20,111 nucleotides of DNA from Chthonomonadales bacterium (GTDB taxonomy: Bacteria; Armatimonadota; Chthonomonadetes; Chthonomonadales; Chthonomonadaceae): positions 1-20,111 of the forward strand of contig JBBQPO010000089.1 of NCBI GenBank assembly GCA_038217285.1, read 5' to 3'. Under the pieces are notes generated by a model. It worked only from the letters and a program-made list of their open reading frames with translations, was not told where the DNA came from and made no database searches. Position 1 is the stretch's first letter; each line of letters begins with the position of its first letter. Shown in pieces: positions 16,484 through 20,111 of this stretch. Both the position numbers and the translations under genes were made by a program.

Positions 16484-17284
16484 CTATGGGCGAGGAGGGG
16501 CGGCCTGGAGGCAGGCTTGCATGTGGCCGCGGGCTTCGGCGGCGATGATACAGCACTGTTCGAGGGAGTAGTCTTTCGCGCCTATTACTTCGAGATCGAC
16601 CGGGCCAGTGTAGCCGTGGGCATGCAGGACGCGGATATAGCCGAGCAGATCGATGTCGCCGCGCCCGTTGGCCTGGTTCTCCGGTTTGCCGGGGTTCTGC
16701 TGACGGCCTTTGCAGTCGCGGATGTGGACATGCTTGACGCGAGAGACGACGGCGGCGATGGCCTCGACCGGGTTTTCGTTGGCGCGCCAGATGTGCGACG
16801 GGTCCATATCGATGCCGAAGGCGGGCGAGGAGATAGCCTGCATCGCGCGCAGAGTCGTCGGGGTGTTGTAGATGCTCGCGCCGACATGGGCTTTCACACA
16901 GAGTGTCACGCCGTACTTCTCCGCCATATCGGCCAGACTGCCGAGCGATTCGATGGACTGCTGCAGGGTCGCCTCGTCGTCGGACTTGCCGCCGGGGCCG
17001 CAGTTCACGATGGGAATACCGATCTCGACAGCGGCCTGGAACGCCTGCTCCATGCGCGCCTTGTCCTGGGAGGGCTGCTCCATCGCCAGCATCTCCATCT
17101 CATACTCCTGCGCCAGACGCTTGATCTCCGGGGCGGCCTCGCGCCAGTTATTGAGGTCCAGCGAAGTTCCCATGCCGTCGATGGCCGAGATCTCGATGCC
17201 GTCGTACCCGGCCATTTTAAGATACTTGAAGGCGGCTTCCATCGGATGACCGCCGAACAGAACAGAATTGGCTCCCAGTCGCAT
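16484..17284 (-). CDS. Sugar phosphate isomerase/epimerase family protein (xylose isomerase-like TIM barrel)
   Basis: ATG 17284 after AAGGAG, 266 aa. Motifs AGYDGIEI, LCVKAH, GIDMDPSH, HVHIRD, GRGDIDL and GYTGPVDLE. Confidence 0.88.
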   Translation of the reverse strand: MRLGANSVLFGGHPMEAAFKYLKMAGYDGIEISAIDGMGTSLDLNNWREAAPEIKRLAQEYEMEMLAMEQPSQDKARMEQAFQAAVEIGIPIVNCGPGGKSDDEATLQQSIESLGSLADMAEKYGVTLCVKAHVGASIYNTPTTLRAMQAISSPAFGIDMDPSHIWRANENPVEAIAAVVSRVKHVHIRDCKGRQQNPGKPENQANGRGDIDLLGYIRVLHAHGYTGPVDLEVIGAKDYSLEQCCIIAAEARGHMQACLQAAPPRP

Positions 17285-17473
17285 TTGCAAAGGCTCCTTC
17301 GTCGTTGCGAGACGTCTTACACGCCCGCCCACAAGAGTGGCAGGCCGAAGCGTTCGTGCCGGGCCTGTCTGCTCGCACAGTTCGTGAGAGCAGAGAGGAA
17401 TTCCTGTGCTGTCTGCGAAAAAGTGATGCTGGAACAAGCCGCGAACGCGATAAGGCGGCGGGAGCGAGGAACT

Positions 17474-17854
17474 ATGGAGAGAGTATTTATCAAGTTGGGC
17501 AGCCTGATGGCGTTTTTAGCGGTTTTGTTAGGCGCGTTCGGGGCGCATCTGCTGCGGGGCAGGCTAACAGGTTTACGACTGGAAGACTACCAGATCGGCG
17601 TCAACTACCAGATGGTTCATGCGCTGGGTCTGATCTTGATCGGCCTCTGCATGGAGCGGCTGGGGGATTCTAAGAACGTGCGAACGGCGGGCTGGCTGCT
17701 GTTCACCGGGATCGTCTGCTTTTCGGGCAGCCTCTATGCCTTCGCGCTGACGGGCAATAAGATGTTCGGTGCGCTCGCCCCCATCGGTGGCCTCAGCTTC
17801 ATGGTTGGCTGGCTCCTGCTAGCGGCTGCCGCCTGGAAAGCCCCGACGCGCTAA
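17474..17854 (+). CDS. DUF423 family membrane protein (YgdD/YwdK-like)
   Basis: ATG 17474 after GAGGA, 126 aa. LGAFGAH, YQMVHALG, FSGSLY, LAPIGG. Confidence 0.9.
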   Translation: MERVFIKLGSLMAFLAVLLGAFGAHLLRGRLTGLRLEDYQIGVNYQMVHALGLILIGLCMERLGDSKNVRTAGWLLFTGIVCFSGSLYAFALTGNKMFGALAPIGGLSFMVGWLLLAAAAWKAPTR

Positions 17855-17876
17855 CTGGCGTGACAGGAGTTCAAAG

Positions 17877-18497
17877 ATGAAGAATGAACGAGCGCCTTGT
17901 TTTGCTAACCTGACGGATCAAGATTTTTACATGCAGCTCTATCGTAGGATAGTCGCGTATCAAAAACTTTATCTGCTCATGCCGGATGCAGAAGACTGCG
18001 CCTTGGCGCTCATCATAAAGTTGTGGGCAAATCATAGGTCGGAATTAGAGGATTACAGGCAGGGGGTGAAACCGGAAAGCTGGCTGCGTGTTAGCGCCCT
18101 GAACGCTGCAAAAAACTTTGTGCTTGAGCGAGAGCGTCACCAGGAACACGATGATCCTTACCCATCACAGCTTGATGAAGAAGGAGCGGACCGTTTTGCC
18201 AAGACAACGTCTCCACAATCCTCTGTGGATACCGCTGTGATAGCCAATGAACTGGATTGTAGACTGAAGAAAGCGCTGTCACGTTTACCGCAAACAACAA
18301 CAAGCATTTTATTACGCCACTATGTTGAAGAAGAGACTTGGGTGGAGATCGCCGCGTCCCTGGAAGATACGCCAGACAATGTGAGGCAAAAAGCCGGGCG
18401 CGCTGTCGGTAGGATAAAGAAAATCTTGGAAGCAGACGGGCTGGACCTTGCCGAATTGAACGATTATCTAGCCAGTATACACTCAACACCCGAATGA
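17877..18497 (+). CDS. ECF-like sigma-70 family factor (divergent)
   Basis: SD AGGAG. Region-2-like DAEDCALALIIKLW..SWLRVSALNAAKNF and region-4 LSRLP..ILLRHYVEEETWVEIAASLEDTPDNVRQKAGRA. Confidence 0.75.
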   Translation: MKNERAPCFANLTDQDFYMQLYRRIVAYQKLYLLMPDAEDCALALIIKLWANHRSELEDYRQGVKPESWLRVSALNAAKNFVLERERHQEHDDPYPSQLDEEGADRFAKTTSPQSSVDTAVIANELDCRLKKALSRLPQTTTSILLRHYVEEETWVEIAASLEDTPDNVRQKAGRAVGRIKKILEADGLDLAELNDYLASIHSTPE

Positions 18498-18532
18498 TGG
18501 GAAGATTTCCTCTCTGCTCCTCCCTTCAAAAC

Positions 18533-18562
18533 GCACCATGTAAAAATATTTTTACATGGTGC
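18533..18562. repeat. Perfect 30-bp palindrome
   Basis: GCACCATGTAAAAAT|ATTTTTACATGGTGC is identical to its own reverse complement, with no spacer. Confidence 0.9.
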
Positions 18563-18748
18563 CCTGAAAACCGTTCGGTTTCGGGAGATTTTACTGTCTA
18601 TATTAGTGAGTGAGCCGTTTTATAGGATGCCTGACCCGCATCTTATTCGCGAAAGCCCCGATATTTGTTGAGAATCGACCATGCTGCGACGTTTTGATTC
18701 TCGATAGAGGTGTAGCGATCTATTTGCAGACGAAGGATAGATGTACAA

Positions 18749-19465
18749 ATGTTGTTTTCACGTCGAGATTTTTTGGTATCATCGGCGATACTCCTTAGCG
18801 AAAATGCCGCATCCGCGCAACAAGTCGCCCAGGCCTCGCAGTTTCGATTTACTGTCTGGACTATTCGCCCGCTTGTCAAACGAACTCCAACTCCTGATGA
18901 ACTTCAGAAGGAGGCATTGCGCTGGATGGTCGTGCAGGGATTTGATAAGCCGCAAATCAGCATCGCAACGGACCCTAAAGTGCTCGAAGCGCTAAGGAAG
19001 GTAAATCCGTTGCTTTCCATCCTGCGGATCGAACAAAAATCCGTGATGACTGTCCAAATGGATACTGTCACTGCTGCCGTCCTTACCGACGGAATCTCGT
19101 TTCAGATTGCTGTCAAGGTGAAAGAACGTGAGGCCGCTCTTGCCGAAATAGTTCAGAAAACCGGCAAGGTGAGGGGGGAGGAATTTCGACGATTATCAGC
19201 GCAGGAAATTGTTATTTATGTGGATCTGCGCATTCCTCATCTGGATACCCCTGTTCACGCTACTCCACAAGCGACTGTTATCAAAGGCTTCCGATCCGTC
19301 CAACCGGGCTTCCTTTACGCAGCAAACCCGGATCTGTCTTACACTACAATCCTCGCCAATGCGGCACAACCTGGTATCCCGGCAGAGTACAAAGTGCGGC
19401 AAAGGCCGTCGGACCTGGTGCTTTTCTGCCTGGAGCCTGTCACACGAAAAGGAGTACGGAAATGA
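18749..19465 (+). CDS. Hypothetical protein with twin-arginine (Tat) signal peptide
   Basis: MLFSRRDFLVSSAILLSENAASA|Q. SD-like GAAGGA upstream. The stop overlaps the next ATG (ATGA). No recognisable domain. Confidence 0.65.
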   Translation: MLFSRRDFLVSSAILLSENAASAQQVAQASQFRFTVWTIRPLVKRTPTPDELQKEALRWMVVQGFDKPQISIATDPKVLEALRKVNPLLSILRIEQKSVMTVQMDTVTAAVLTDGISFQIAVKVKEREAALAEIVQKTGKVRGEEFRRLSAQEIVIYVDLRIPHLDTPVHATPQATVIKGFRSVQPGFLYAANPDLSYTTILANAAQPGIPAEYKVRQRPSDLVLFCLEPVTRKGVRK

Positions 19466-19946
19466 GACAACGCTTTTTGATCAAAGCAGTGTTCGGTGCG
19501 CTCGTGCTTGGAGCTACGTTTTTCTCCACTTACGTTCGAGCCGACGTGGAGAAAGACGGTTACGGAATTCTTCACGCATCGCCAACCAGTATGGGTAGTT
19601 ATAACTCAACTACCGCTGTATCGTTCTCTGATGGAACTACCTGGTCGGCCAAACGTGTGCCTACTCTGCAAACTCCCGAAAACATCACTGTATATTCCAC
19701 CGATGGTACGATCAGGTAACTGTCAACTCTACAACTAATTCCCATTCATGGACCGGAACAGATGTCACCGACTGGAGCGACACAGCGAATCTTAGTGGAA
19801 GTGTGACGCTCGCTACGGGAAATTACGGCTACTGGACAAGAATCAAAGAAAAAGATACTACTCCTGGAAACACGGTGGGGATGTGGGTTGACGTATCGAC
19901 TGGTAGTTCGGCAGATCGAACTGGGGGGTTCAGAGTAAATCCGTAA
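19462..19946 (+). pseudogene. Secreted hypothetical protein split by a -1 frameshift (or a sequence error)
   Basis: Frame 1: signal peptide MRQRFLIKAVFGALVLGATFFSTYVRA|D, stop at 19717-19719. The -1 frame is open 19632-19946 (104 codons, no early start codon) and reads as a Ser/Thr/Trp-rich secreted-type sequence ending GGFRVNP*. Confidence 0.55.
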
Positions 19947-19982
19947 TGTGTATGGCGGTTGGCAGCAGGGGGTAGTGCTGCA

Positions 19983-20111
19983 TTAAACGGTGAGAATGGC
20001 CATACCGCCTTTCGTTTCTCTGACCCCTGTTTTTCGAGGCGGACGCCCTCTTCGTTTCGGAGGAACCAACGGCGCAGGAGCGACCTGGTAGCAGAGCAAA
20101 TCTCCCACGCT
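19983..20111 (-). CDS. 3' end of a gene running off the window; possible XRE/Cro-type HTH protein with an AT-hook-like tail
   Basis: Minus frame reads SVGDLLCYQVAPAPLVPPKRRGRPPRKTGVRETKGGMAILTV*. GDLLxY resembles the end of small Cro/C1 HTH domains, and KRRGRPPRK is an AT-hook-like motif. Confidence 0.45.
   Translation of the reverse strand, partial: SVGDLLCYQVAPAPLVPPKRRGRPPRKTGVRETKGGMAILTV

Overview
High-GC bacterial chromosomal window, most likely Armatimonadota (inferred from the [32 protein letters not shown] / H-X9-DG prepilin-like gene; not verified). It is mostly housekeeping and carbohydrate genes: a clostripain-family (C11) lipoprotein, tsaD, two stand-alone receiver-domain proteins, a GH4 alpha-galactosidase, a PlsC-type acyltransferase, a 7Fe-type ferredoxin, a PduO-type cobalamin adenosyltransferase, a LolA/DUF2092-like exported protein, a BNR beta-propeller, an MFS transporter, a Tat metallophosphoesterase, two xylose-isomerase-like TIM barrels, a GH-like exported protein and a DUF423 protein. 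A lower-GC accessory cassette closes the window: ECF-like sigma factor, perfect 30-bp palindrome, Tat protein, frameshifted secreted protein and a truncated HTH/AT-hook gene. The strongest unexplained signals are: (1) a ~530-nt stretch (14678-15210) with no credible CDS, a good sigma70 promoter directly upstream, paired 5' and 3' ends, many nested helices and an 8-bp loop pseudoknot, i.e. a candidate large structured ncRNA that I cannot assign to a known family; (2) a cobalamin riboswitch plus terminator upstream of a DUF1559/H-X9-DG pilin-like gene and a BFD-like [2Fe-2S] gene; (3) a clostripain homologue with Ser at the catalytic Cys position. All RNA structures were found by eye; no folding or database search was run.
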